This document shows, one piece after another, positions 1-11,786 of a stretch of DNA of 64,000 bases. The position numbers and the translations under genes are program-made. Position 1 is the first letter of the stretch; every line of letters begins with the position of its first letter. The stretch is from NCBI RefSeq assembly GCF_902459465.1, contig NC_047081.1, positions 1,054,001 to 1,118,000 of the forward strand. Reading direction: 5' to 3'. The notes below the pieces were generated by a model, which was given only the letters and a program-made list of their open reading frames with translations, did not search any database and was not told the DNA's origin. The DNA comes from Asterias rubens (taxonomy: Eukaryota).

Positions 1-2411
1 GGACACCAAAACTTAATTTTGGCTAGTAACCTGTTTCTGTTAAGCAATACTTTTCTGTGCTTGGCAAGTTCTGTGCTTATTACAGGCTATATGAAATTGG
101 GCCCGGCTAGTTTGTCAAGGGTAAAGAGGCACTTTGAAGAAAATGTAGGTTTGTATTTGAACCTTGCAAAGGGCACCACACTAGTACAGGAAACCAAGGC
201 AATTGATGTGCGTAGGGTGAGTTATTTTTGGGCCTCTACTAAAAAGTACTAGACTGCAGGACTTGCTTGGTTGTGGAGTTAATGTTCAAAAGCTACAGGG
301 CTCTGGCCAGTCCCTAGCTCTTGAATTTAATTCTTTGTGAAGGGTTTTGTCCGAGGAAAGTGTTTGTTAAAAAAGGACACCAATGGGAGACTTTTGAACT
401 GTAGGCAGACTTACCAAGTAATTTCCATTGTTCACGTAGTTCTGAGCATGCACACTTTTCCTGAGAACAATGGATTTACCTGGCAAGTCTGCTGCCACCT
501 AGTGTCCCCAAAAGACTCCCATTACGATTTCTTTGAGTCTTACCTCAATCAATCAATGGATTGAAATCCGTTTTGATTGAAACTTACTTTCTGAAGTCGT
601 TGAGAAGATCAAAGGCTCTCTGTGTGTGAAGGATGTTACGATACGGCGGGGGATCGGTGGGTAGTACTTCCATGTCCTCCATGGTGAAGGATGGTGGATG
701 ACGATATCACTCTGGAATGATAAAAGTGCACAAAGTTCAGGTTTGATGAGCTTCAAGGTCTGTATGCTTCAGACAAGGGCACCAAGGCATTTTTTCCCTG
801 GTAAATGCTATGAGGAAATTGTAAATTTCTACTGGAGCATTTCAAGGGCACCAAGGCAATGACCAGGGCAGGGGGCATGGAGGTATCCCCAGTGATGTTC
901 CATCAAGTCACAGAGCAGTGCCACTCACTCTCCTCCTCAGCCTCAGAAGAGACTATGGCCTGGGTGCGTTCGATTAGCTTGCCCCTGCTACGTTTGAATA
1001 GCTTTAACTTCACTCAAGGGGCTCAACCAGGTCAGCCCCCAAGTGCCCTGCTTGTGCCCGTTGTGGAACAGGCTGGCCCGTGGGCGTGGTGCATGAGATG
1101 ACGTCACCACACGAGGGCGAGTGATCGCTCGATTAGCTCTATGATCTAGCTCTTGTCAGTGGCTCACCCGAGTGAGCACCGCCGGGGGTCGACACACATG
1201 GAGCTATCGAATGCACTTTTTACACTCACACTTACTTACACAGTGGTTCAGATCAATGACACAATTCACAAAATCTTTGTATCCCAGCACCACTTTTTAT
1301 TTGTTATGAACATCCTATTCCCCTTTTTGGTAAAAATGGATATGGACATTTTATCAAACTCAATATCCGTAGTAACTATACCAATAGAAGGAGGAAGGAA
1401 ATTATTATAAACAAAGGAAAACACCCACTTTGCAGTCGGGTTTCACTGAAACTTTCAGTTTCTGAGGTGAAAACAGATCATCATGCATGAGACGAGTTGC
1501 AGTTATCATGTGACTAACTTTACGAATTTCTTTCTATCCTCTCTATTGTTTTTTGCAACCTTACATTAAAAAGAAAACTAATTTTTGAAATTTGACCACA
1601 TGTAATTATTTATTAATGTCCTACCTGTATTCCTCAACTAGACAGTCCAGCATTTACATGCAAAAGGGGAATGTTTCGACAAGAAAAAATACATTATTTA
1701 TTCCTAACCCAACTACAGAATGAGATGTCCGCCATTCGCCCGTTCCACTAGAGCAGAATGTTCCATTTACTTATAGGGGTTAAATTAAAGAGGGAGGGAC
1801 AGGAACTTTCTGGTTAAAAACAAAACAGAAAAGGAGAAAATAATTTCACCCAAAATACTCATTAATATTGTACAACAACTCATACTACAAAAGATAAACA
1901 AGCATACGAACAATGTTATAAGGTTTTTAAAAAGAAATATTTGAAGTACACAATTTTATTTATTAAAAGTCACCCCTCTTACGTCGAAAATCCCAACATT
2001 TTGTCATCTAGGTTTGGTTCAAGACGTTTCCTCTGAACGTAAAAATATAGAGGGCGCACATTCTCGAACTCCGGTCATTTTTGTAATAATGAAACTCTGA
2101 TTTATTTCACAAAAGCTAACATTTACCGTGTAAATGATTTCACTAGCAGGATTTTTTGCTCTTCTATGTGTTCTTATTATGAAAAATTACCGCTGTATCT
2201 CCTATATTAAAATTCAAACACAGTTTCTCAGCACAAGCGTTCCAAGAAGCAATCAAAACAGTCTTGTTCGGAAGACTATAACCAAGAACCAATCAAAAAG
2301 GAACACTCGGAGTCAAACATGGCGGCGCCCATGTAGTCTCATCTTAACACCAGTCAACACTTAATCAATAACTTTCTCACTTGTAAGTGGCTTTTTATGC
2401 TTTTATCCGCC

Positions 2412-5400
2412 ATGGATTTACCGCCAATTCCAGATCATTCAACGTATGCTCATTTTGTGGGCCCTACTACCGGCAAAGTCAAGATAAGTCTTTCAGATTT
2501 GATTCACAATTATCATCCGTACGATGAAATTGCACAACTGATTGAAGACGACCCGGATGCTGCACATAAACAAGGTACAACGAAGTTTTCACAATGACAT
2601 TTAAACAATTCACTGATATGTAATGTTGACAATGGTTGAATACCAATGATCATGATGATTATTTTTTGTCAATAAAACAAATACATTGGAAAAGTTTCCG
2701 TATGGCGCCACCACTTTTTCATTCGATATGAAATAATATAGTATCTAATTTACCTCAATGAGATATCCCTTTTTGTAAAAATTAGTGGAAAAGTGGTGGC
2801 GCCATACGGAAAGTTATCCAATACATTATTTATGGTTTTTATTTCTTAGTAAAAAATATTAATTAGAGATAAAAATGAGATATGGAAAACAGGAAATGGA
2901 GGATGATGAGGAAACCGAAATGGTGTTTTATAATTATATGATATAGTTATAAACTTATAAATTAAAATGCAAATATTTGTTTGGATGATCTTCCTAACAA
3001 ACAATGGAACAACGTACAAGTTCGCACACGACATATTGTCAATCACAAACAAAGTGAAGCTAAACTTAAAAATTCCTTTTTGACAATCTCAAACTAGGGG
3101 TAACAACACAAAATTGCACTGCCCAGAGTATTGGGCTCTCATTGGCTGACACTCCCAGCGACTTCTTGAACTTGGGACCAATACAATCGTTTTACCACTA
3201 CTTAGCCTATGCTGATTGGTTGTTAGCCTGGTCATCTGGATCTGCCAAACCTGCAAATCAATTAACTTTGATGTACACGTAGTCAACTACTCACTTTGTA
3301 CATGAGATGTAGACAGCAACTAATCTATTATTTGTTTTTGACTCATCTAAAGTGTACATGGTGTGTGATGAATCACTGTTTACTCGGTACTTTTCCAAGC
3401 TATTGTTTTCTCAATGTATTCACATTTTTGTGATGTTCGTTTCTGGCTTTGATTCCCAGAATTTACTACACAAAGTTTCTAATTTTTTGCATTTTTAACA
3501 TGATATTTGTTGCATTTAAAGGATGGCATGGACTGACCCCAATGCACAAGGCTGCCTTACGTGGAGATCCCAAGATCACTCGACTTCTTCTAGATCACTC
3601 AGCGTCTGTCAATGAAGCAAATGACTATGGAGAAACACCACTTCATTATGCATGCAAACGAGGATCCCTTATGAATATTCATATGATGCTAGAGGGCGGT
3701 GAGGAGGAAGGGGATGTCTGGCAGAGAGATAACGCCGGGAGGAATTGTCTTCATCATGCTGCGGCTGGGGGTAGTGTGTAAGTCCCAATCATAGTCCAAA
3801 CACCCAACTATGTCCCAACTATAGTTGGGCGAGTCCCAACAATAGTTTGGACTATCCCAACTGTAGTTGGGGCTGTCCCAACTGTAGTTTGGAATGTCCC
3901 AATTATAGATCTTCTTTTATTCCAATTATAGTCTTGCCAACATTAGGCCTTGATAGCTCAGTTGGTATAGCGCCTGTACGTTAATGCGGAGGTGGGGGTG
4001 GGGTAGTGTGTAAGTCTCTTCAGGAACACAAAATTCACAATGTCTCAGATTAATTTCAATCCACTTCAGGAAAAAATCATAATGCCTTCAATTATTCTCC
4101 TTTGTTAAACTCAAAACTAAAATGGCCACAATTATGAGGAAGACAATCTTAAAAATCATCTGAACACAAAACCCTTTTATAAATGCTTAATTTGTTTATT
4201 CATTTGTTGGCCCTTTATGTTTATCTCATTTCAACTGCAGGTTAAGCATGCACTACTTGTCTGAAGTACATGGGATGGCTTTTCATGACAGAGACTCTAT
4301 GTAAGTTTAAACAACTTCCTCAATCCCGCAAGAGAGGACACACTACAAATTTTCGGTGACAAGTTACCTTTTTTTTTCAAACTCCTTTACTTCAAAAGGG
4401 GTGGTTTCTAGCTTAATTTTTTTAGTCAGCTCCCCAGTGCTACTTTCAAAGTAAGTTTTCATTGCCATTAATTTTTGGGGCAATTACCAAAGGTATGCTT
4501 CCTCCATTTACCTTTATTTTGTATCTTTCCTCAGTGGTCAAACGCCTCTGCATATAGCATGTCTTCAAGGATTCCAAGATGCAATAAAATATCTCTTGAG
4601 AAACAACGTAAGTCACTTCTTAATTAATTATTTTGGATTGATGACGATTCTGGTTTCTGAAAGAATGAGTTTTTACTGGCTTGAGTTTCACTTCTTTTCT
4701 CCCACACAGAGATCGGAATTAACTTGGACGGATAATAACGGTAACACAGCACTTCACATAGCTTGTCAGAACGCTCTCAGTGAAGCCTGTTGGATCCTTC
4801 TACAGCATGGGAACTGCGGAATGCTGAAAGTTAACAATAACCACAGCCAGACACCACTCCATGTACTGCTGCAAGGCGAAACCCACGGGTAAAGTTCAAA
4901 TAAAATATAACCCTTTAGAGACCCATAGCGATGAAAAGCAGCTTCAACCAAAATGAACCTAGTATACCTTTTGAAAAGTTTTTAAATTTTTGGGTGAGAT
5001 ATTAATCGTATTAATAATAATAATAATAACAATAATACAAGGTATTTATAAAGCACTCTAACAGGGGAAAGTACAAAAAGCAAATATTGCCAAATGTCTA
5101 AGGCCAGACAACCACTTTAAGGCGAGGGTTACACTTAAACTGATTTTGGCTGTGGCTGTAGGCCAAAGCGAACTGTCGCCAGGGGCATTTTAATACCTAC
5201 GCTGAAACAGGGTTACCCCATCACAGTCAGTAAGCATTGGTATCATCCAGTAGGAGCTTGGCTGGTAGAGCAGAATGCACTACCTTCCCAACTTAAAACT
5301 TTAACCTGGCAATCGTTCGGTTTCCATCAGAATTGTGCCATTTTTAAAGTTTTGATTTCAATTTTTTACAGGCATCAGCAATTGTTCAAAGAGATGAATT

Positions 5401-7567
5401 ACTGGGCCGATTCCAAGACGCCCAACCTTCCCCCCAAAGGCCCCATGTTCACCTGGTACTTCATGCTAACGTTGCCCGCCCATTTCTTCGGCCTCATCAT
5501 GCTCGTTTGTGGTGTCATCGGATCTTATAGTTCGGTTGTTGCTACCGTCGCAACCGGTTTCCTCGCCTCTTATGTTGGAGGTCAAAGCCATCGACTCCAT
5601 CACCTCTCAAGGTATGTCAACATCTTGACTTTCTGCCAGATAGAAATTTAAACAATTTCTTTCAGGGTAACTACCAAAATATGCTCAAAGTTATGTCAGT
5701 AATTGCCCTGAATTATTTTATTCATACATTTATTTAACATATTCAGTAAAAATAGCATTCATATTTATACTTCAGACCACCCAAAAGGCAATCAGGGACT
5801 CAGAGACCTTGACAAGGAAACCATCAAGTGGCTTAAAGTCACTAAACTACCAATTTAATTTTGTTAATGTTCCCCTTGATCCAGAGATCAAACAAAAGGA
5901 GAAGACCAAAGTATACCTATGTGCTGAAATCTGTTTTTACGATGGCGTTCATTTGTTTGTCTTTCCGCAGATGGTCCAACCCTATCTTTTGTGGCGCATT
6001 TGCTGCAGGGATGTTCCACACGGCGCTGTGTTTGTTCTTCAAGCTTCACCCCGATATCCTTTTGAAAAAACTGTAATTTTAACAAGACCCATTGACATTA
6101 ACTTATGGTTTCAAATGAAGCCATCAATTTGGCTTTACTGAAGCACAAGTAAAAGGTACTTTTATGAGCAAGTATGTTTTTTTGTCAAACTTGTTTATTT
6201 GATCGACCTATCAGAATAGTTATAAAGTCAATGTATTTTATTGAGCAGACGAACAGTTTTTTTGTCACATCATTTGCATTTTCTATTATTTTCTCTACTT
6301 TGGTGCATTTATAAACTAACTATCTGCTAATCTAATTATAAACCTACCTTTGTCGTTAAACTACTCATTAATTGTGACGTAACTTGAAAAATCGATTACA
6401 GAGAAACAGTGCTCCGGGGCTAGGTAGTAGTTTTGTTTAAAATGGGAATAATAACGCATGTTGCTTCACCTCTGACCTATTTGTTGCCATTCGCACTTTC
6501 GTATCACATAATTGAACTTCCTTAACTTTCAGTCATCACTGATTTTCCAAGTCAACACCTACATTCATTTTCTCGTTGACCTTCCGCTGTTCTGCGTCAT
6601 GTTCTACCTATACTACGTACTTCTATTTCGTGACCCCGGTAGGATTCCAAGGTCAAAGGCCATCTTGGAGGACGCTGACCCCTGCATCAGAGATGTGGCC
6701 ACTGGGAAAACAAAAGCTGATGAGTTTTGCATTTGCTGTGAGGTTAGTGAAGCAATCAATCCGATCATGGTTATAAAGTTGACTTTTCACCTGAACTTAT
6801 TCTCCTTTGTAAATTTAAAGATAACATGTTTTCAGCTGTGTTTTGGTGCATATTAAGTTATCTTTCAATTTGGAAAGACAGTCTTATCAAGATTTTTTTT
6901 TTTTTTTTTCTTTTTTTTTAAACCCATGAACATGAAATTGCAATTATTGACCTTATAGAACTGAGCCGATGAAATGTGGGTTTGGCACGGCATGTCACTA
7001 ACAACATTACATTTATAGATATTTCATCTTAAGTCCTGTAAGTTTTTGGTAAACTTTTTTTTTTTTACTACTTTCAAGATTACCGTTCCCGACCGTGCCA
7101 GACACTGTAAGATGTGCGAGCAGTGCATACTGGGAATCGACCACCACTGTCTGTTTCTCCTCGGTTGCATCGCCAAGGACAACCATCGTCACTTCGTCAC
7201 ATTCATCCTCGTCGTCATGCTCTCTCAAGTCATCTTCATTCTTTACTCCTTTCAGTACCTCTTCATCATCTACCCGGGCCACACCCTCTGGGAAATAGGC
7301 GTCGCCGTTGTCCACAAGCAGCCTTGGGTGTGGTCCATGTGCTTGCTGAACCTCCTCTCGATCTTCTGGGGTGTGTCGCTGGTCTTCATGCAGCTTAATT
7401 TGATCGCAAACGGCGTGACGATGGTTTGGCACCCAAAAGTGTTATCCATGAAAAATGTTCACGTCGTCTATCTCTCACCTTCGGCAAAAATGAAGAATCT
7501 TAGGAATTTTTTTGCCGGTCGGAGAACGATGACTGTTTTTGAACTGAACCAGCTGCAGAAAATTTGA
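2412..7567 (+). CDS. Ankyrin-repeat DHHC palmitoyltransferase (Akr1/HIP14, ZDHHC13/17-like architecture), 581 aa; join(2412..2574,3522..3777,4241..4300,4535..4607,4710..4888,5372..5611,5971..6053,6540..6742,7079..7567)
   Basis: Nine exons join in frame (1746 nt). About 6 ankyrin repeats (TPMHKAA, TPLHYAC, NCLHHAA, TPLHIAC, TALHIAC, TPLHVLL), hydrophobic TM segments, and a DHHC cysteine-rich domain [29 protein letters not shown]...NHRHF. All introns are GT-AG except 6054-6539 (AT-AC). Orthology to ZDHHC13 vs 17 is not resolvable by eye. Confidence 0.9.
2688..2819. mobile_element. 132-bp MITE with TIRs and 8-bp TSD
   Basis: TIR ggaaaagtttccgtatggcgccaccactttt / aaaagtggtggcgccatacggaaagttatcc. 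AATACATT duplicated at 2680-2687 and 2820-2827. Confidence 0.85.
3785..3925. repeat. Degenerate short-unit tandem repeat (tcccaactatag / tcccaactgtagtt)
   Basis: Repeated cccaac(t/a)(a/g)tag units directly after the exon 2 donor. Confidence 0.7.
3947..3993 (+). mobile_element. tRNA-derived SINE head fragment
   Basis: gatagctcagttggtatagcgc contains a Pol III A-box. It is truncated before the T-arm, so it is not a tRNA gene. Confidence 0.55.
6054..6539 (+). other. U12-type (minor spliceosome) AT-AC intron
   Basis: 5' end ATATCCTTTT at 6054, branch site TTCCTTAAC at 6518-6526, terminal AC at 6538-6539. Removal gives in-frame KLHP-V-IFQVNT. Confidence 0.85.
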
Positions 7568-10500
7568 TGTGTTTGTAGTTATTAAGAGAGTGTTATATAT
7601 TTGGTTTGCGGTAACACCATGTGTGTATCTACTTGCCAGGTAGTTTTTTCTTTTATATATTCTACTACCGCGGAGTAGATTTATTGGATTGTTCGGAAGA
7701 CTTCTCAGTTCTGAAAAGCACTGTCCTGCTTTTTAACTGCTACCTGGGCGGAAGGTATAGAAAATTGGCTAGGACTGCTACTTCAGCTTTAGGATCGTTA
7801 TTAACTGCACTACCGCAGAGTGAGTTCTCAAATTGGTTTAACGTTTCGACTAGCTTGCTCAAGTCATCGTCAGGAGACTGTTATTGCCCATCGTAATGTC
7901 ACTAGCCCAGTAGAATATATTTGCTGGAATAGATTTTGCGATGACTAAAGGTCATTGGTTCAAATCCCGCTCTAGTCAATACATTCATTCCAGGACTCCA
8001 AGTTTCAACAAATTCATCACTTTGTAGGAATTGAAACCTTGCATGTTGGAAATAAAATCTAGTGAGGTTTCGTGGAAACACCCTGTACATAAAACTCTTT
8101 AAGTTGTGATTTACTTGATGTTTTTTTTTAAGTTATTAATTTAGATATATATTGAAAATGTTTGTAGATTTAAGTTGTTTTGCCGTGTACAAAGATAATG
8201 GTTTGATGTTTTTCCACTGTTTTGGCTGAAATATTTTCAATCATTTTTGTAATATAGCCTACAATTGTTAGTTTTAAGTTCAGTGACTTCTTGTACTATA
8301 TATCTTTATAGCTGAGACCGCGTTTAAAAAGTGGCAATTATGCCAAACACAAATGTCGTCTACCCTCTTCTTTTACTAGTACTAATTAGAACAAGACAAC
8401 GTTTAGTTCTAACATCTTTTATCTTTCATTGTGTTAAAGTACTTTAACTTACCCGTTTTTTTGTACGTGCATGTACGTTTATCTTGATCCTATGTATATA
8501 CTAACAAACGCCACCTCTTTTCAGTGCCTTTAGTTTTCTTCATATCTCTATACTAGTACTTCCGGACTGTTTCTGTAAGATTAAAAGGCTGTTCTATAAA
8601 ATTTATAAAGTTCAAAATGTAGATGTAGCAAGATGTTTAGGTTTTATAGACAACTGATTCATAATTTGTTTGTCTTGTATTGTTTGTTTGCACAGCTACA
8701 ATCATGGGTACACTTTTTGATACAAAGACAACACATGAGTTTGTATTCGACAAACTCAATCACCTTTTTTAGTTGATGACACAGCGATTGTTATTGATAT
8801 ATAAATAACAAAAAGATAACCGTTACAGTGGTTTGCAAACAGTTGTTCATGAACAAAAAAGTGTACTCACTTGTATACAAAAGTTTTAATGTCGCTGGCA
8901 TACATTTATTTACCCTGAAACATTAGGTGAAGGCGCTTCACAAATGTTACTATTCGAATGTTCCCTAAAAAAAGTCGTAACTTTTAATAAGATTTGTGAA
9001 GTCTTTTCAATAGAAATTATGCGCATAACTTCAAGAAAAATGTATACATGTAATTGTTTAAGACTCAGAGAGCATTATTTATGACAAGTAGACTTTACAG
9101 GTAACTGGTAGGCATGACCTTGCTTGACCTTACTTGACCTCATCAATAAATACTTCATGTTCGTGATGAGGTCAAGCGAGGTCACGACTAGTCTTGATTG
9201 GCAGCATTTGTTTACATAGTCACCGATATCACAAATTACTGGAGAAGAGATATCTGTATCAAACAAACATGGATCAAAATTGATAGACTTGCCAAGTCCC
9301 TCAGAGTCCAAAATTAGTGTCGCCAATCAATATTAGGTTGCCTCTACAGTTTACCTTTAGCAGTTTTGCGAGTCTACCTTGAACATGCTGGAATTGCGCT
9401 GCACTTTCTGACTGAATATACACAGTGCTTTCAATCTATACCTGGAGGAAACAGAAGACAAACAGACAAAAGGGACAGTTTTATTTGAGTCTGACGTTTC
9501 ATAGGCAATGCGCTTGTAGAACTACATAATTTATTTAAATGCTGAAAGATATTGTACACATTTTCAGAATATATATTATTTGTTACGTTTTCGTACATAT
9601 TTTGGGTTAGAAATTGTGCAAGCTTTGCAGGTATATATGTTCAAATAGTAATAGGGAATTTCTATACTTGAGCAACTTCTTAAGCAAAAATGATTGTGAA
9701 CATTAATGTGAATAATACCATGCAATGTTTTACAAAATAAAGTAAGAGGTTGATACATTTGTCATGCCTGATTTCCAGTTTGTTATGAAGTGTGGCCTCA
9801 ATTATTAAAAACCTCTGGAATGTAAAATCTCTTTGGGCAAAACTTTGTCGTTATTCGATCCATGCCTTAGACTGAAGAAAAACAAATTTGGAAAATATCC
9901 ATTTGGTGCTTGATATAACATGTAGTCTTGATTCAAGACTATCCTGCTATTAATAGCTTCCCAGAACCATCGACACAAGAGGGCTCACTCTCAGCATAGA
10001 CAGCTAATGTAGGAGTTCACTATCACAGGAGATCTCTCACGCGGATATGAAGGAATTTTACACATACATATTTCAAAACAAATACAGTAGTCTACGAAAA
10101 ACTTGTTAGGCATAACACTTCACAAAAATTCAAGCCTGTCCTTTCACCAAATGCACACACATAGTTTGAGTCATTACTGTTTGTGTACATGATGTTTGTG
10201 TTCAAACTATAGATTGTGAAAAGTTTTACGCATATTTGAACATTTCTCATGAAAGTATTAGATTTTGTTTCCTCAACTAAAGTAATGTACATGGGGAAAC
10301 TCCAAAATGTTCAAATAAGCGCAAGTTTTGTACCATCTATTTTAAATTTAAACCCATCCAAATTTTAAAATATAAAATCTCAACTGCGGAATTTGCTATC
10401 TTAAAAAAATACCAAAAAGTAAACAAAATATAACTTTTGAGGAAACTGGATAAATATGTAAAACATTGTAATCAGGTGTCTCCTCATGTAACGTCTAAAA

Positions 10501-10844
10501 GTTGAGAGAGTTTCAACTTCCAATAAAAATAAAATTTAACACCACTTTTCTCCGATCACAAACGTCACTAAATGTAAAAATGTCACATTTCGTTCACTTT
10601 ACTCATTTGGTGTTTTACAGTTACATAAAGCTAGGCAATGTCAACTGCCTAATCACATTTAGGACAAGTAATTTGCACAAAACAAGGTATCATTTTAACT
10701 TGGCCATCTTAATGATATTAACAAATACTTTTTGGCTTTAATTAAATTTTAATTATTTCAAGCAGATATTTAGGGTGGCTGATCCATGATTAAACAAAAT
10801 ATTTGAATGAGAGGTTGCCTTACATCACAAGGACCGGACGGCCA

Positions 10845-11160
10845 CTTTAAGGCGAGGGCTACACTTAACTGATTTGGGCTGCAGACCCTAATCTACTGCC
10901 ACTAGGGGCACGTTGCCACCTACTCCTAGGGCTAGGGCTAGGGTATCATCCACTGGGAGCCTGACTGGTAGAGCAGAATAAACTACCTTCCGTGTGCCTT
11001 GCTGAAAGGCACAAGTGTCATGACCAGGAATCGAAACCCACACTCCACTGCTGACAACACCAGAGCTTGGGTCCCGTAAACTAGAGTTCCGCCCCGAAAC
11101 ACTTTAGAACTGGGTGTCTGTAAATTACCGGACAACACCAGAGCTAAGGTCCGATGAACT
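10845..11160 (-). mobile_element. SINE-like interspersed repeat (related copies ~5115-5300, ~45480-45780, ~47465-47610)
   Basis: Shared block ttaaggcgagggctacacttaactgatttgggctg..., with a B-box-like ggtttcgattcc on the minus strand. Confidence 0.55.
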
Positions 11161-11430
11161 TGACTGCCTGGCCATAACCACCATAATATAGAAAAACACC
11201 TTTTTTTTTTGAAGGCCTAAACCTTGTTAACAAACACTGTGAATTCTTGTGAAATATTTAAAATCTCAGGGCTGCCAATTTCATTGAGCTGCTTAAGCGA
11301 CAAAATAATTACGTATCTATTTAAGTAGAAATTAGCAGAATACCAGTCACACATGGTACATTGTATTTTGTCTGGTAGCTTTATTCTGGTAAGCATACTT
11401 TTGTTTTGCTTAGCTACTTTTTGTGCTTAA

Positions 11431-11786
11431 AGGCAGTGGACACTATTGGTAATTACTCAAAATAATTATTAGCATTAAACCTTTCTTGGTGACAGGTAAT
11501 GGGGAGAGGTTGGTGGTATAAAACATTGTGAGAAACAGCTCCCTCTGAAGTGCCATAGTTTTGGAGAAAGAAGTAATTTTCCACGAATTTGATTTCAAGA
11601 TCGAAATCAACCATCTAAACGCACACAACTTCGTGTGACAAGGGTGTGTTCTTCTTTCATTATTTTCTCGCAACTTTGATGGCCGATTGAGCTCAAATTT
11701 TCACAGGTTTGTTATTTTATGCATATGTTGAGATACACCAACTGTGAAGGCTAGTCTTTGACAATAACCAATAGTGTCCACTGCCT
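11431..11786 (+). mobile_element. ~360-bp TIR element, TTAA target, 5'-AG termini (Kolobok-like non-autonomous)
   Basis: ttaa|aggcagtggacactattggt ... accaatagtgtccactgcct|ttaa. Confidence 0.8.

Noticed and set aside
1-900. Short ORFs at the window start
   Set aside because: Composed of interspersed-repeat fragments seen elsewhere (e.g. ~16420-16560, ~14855-14900); no coding signature.
6054-6075. Conventional GT-AG splice of zDHHC intron 7 using GT at 6073
   Set aside because: Phase 2 donor is incompatible with the nearby AG acceptors (phase 0 and 1); the AT-AC solution fits frame and consensus.
7013-7432. Antisense and alternate-frame ORFs over the DHHC exon
   Set aside because: Shadow ORFs of a GC-rich coding exon; no independent signal.
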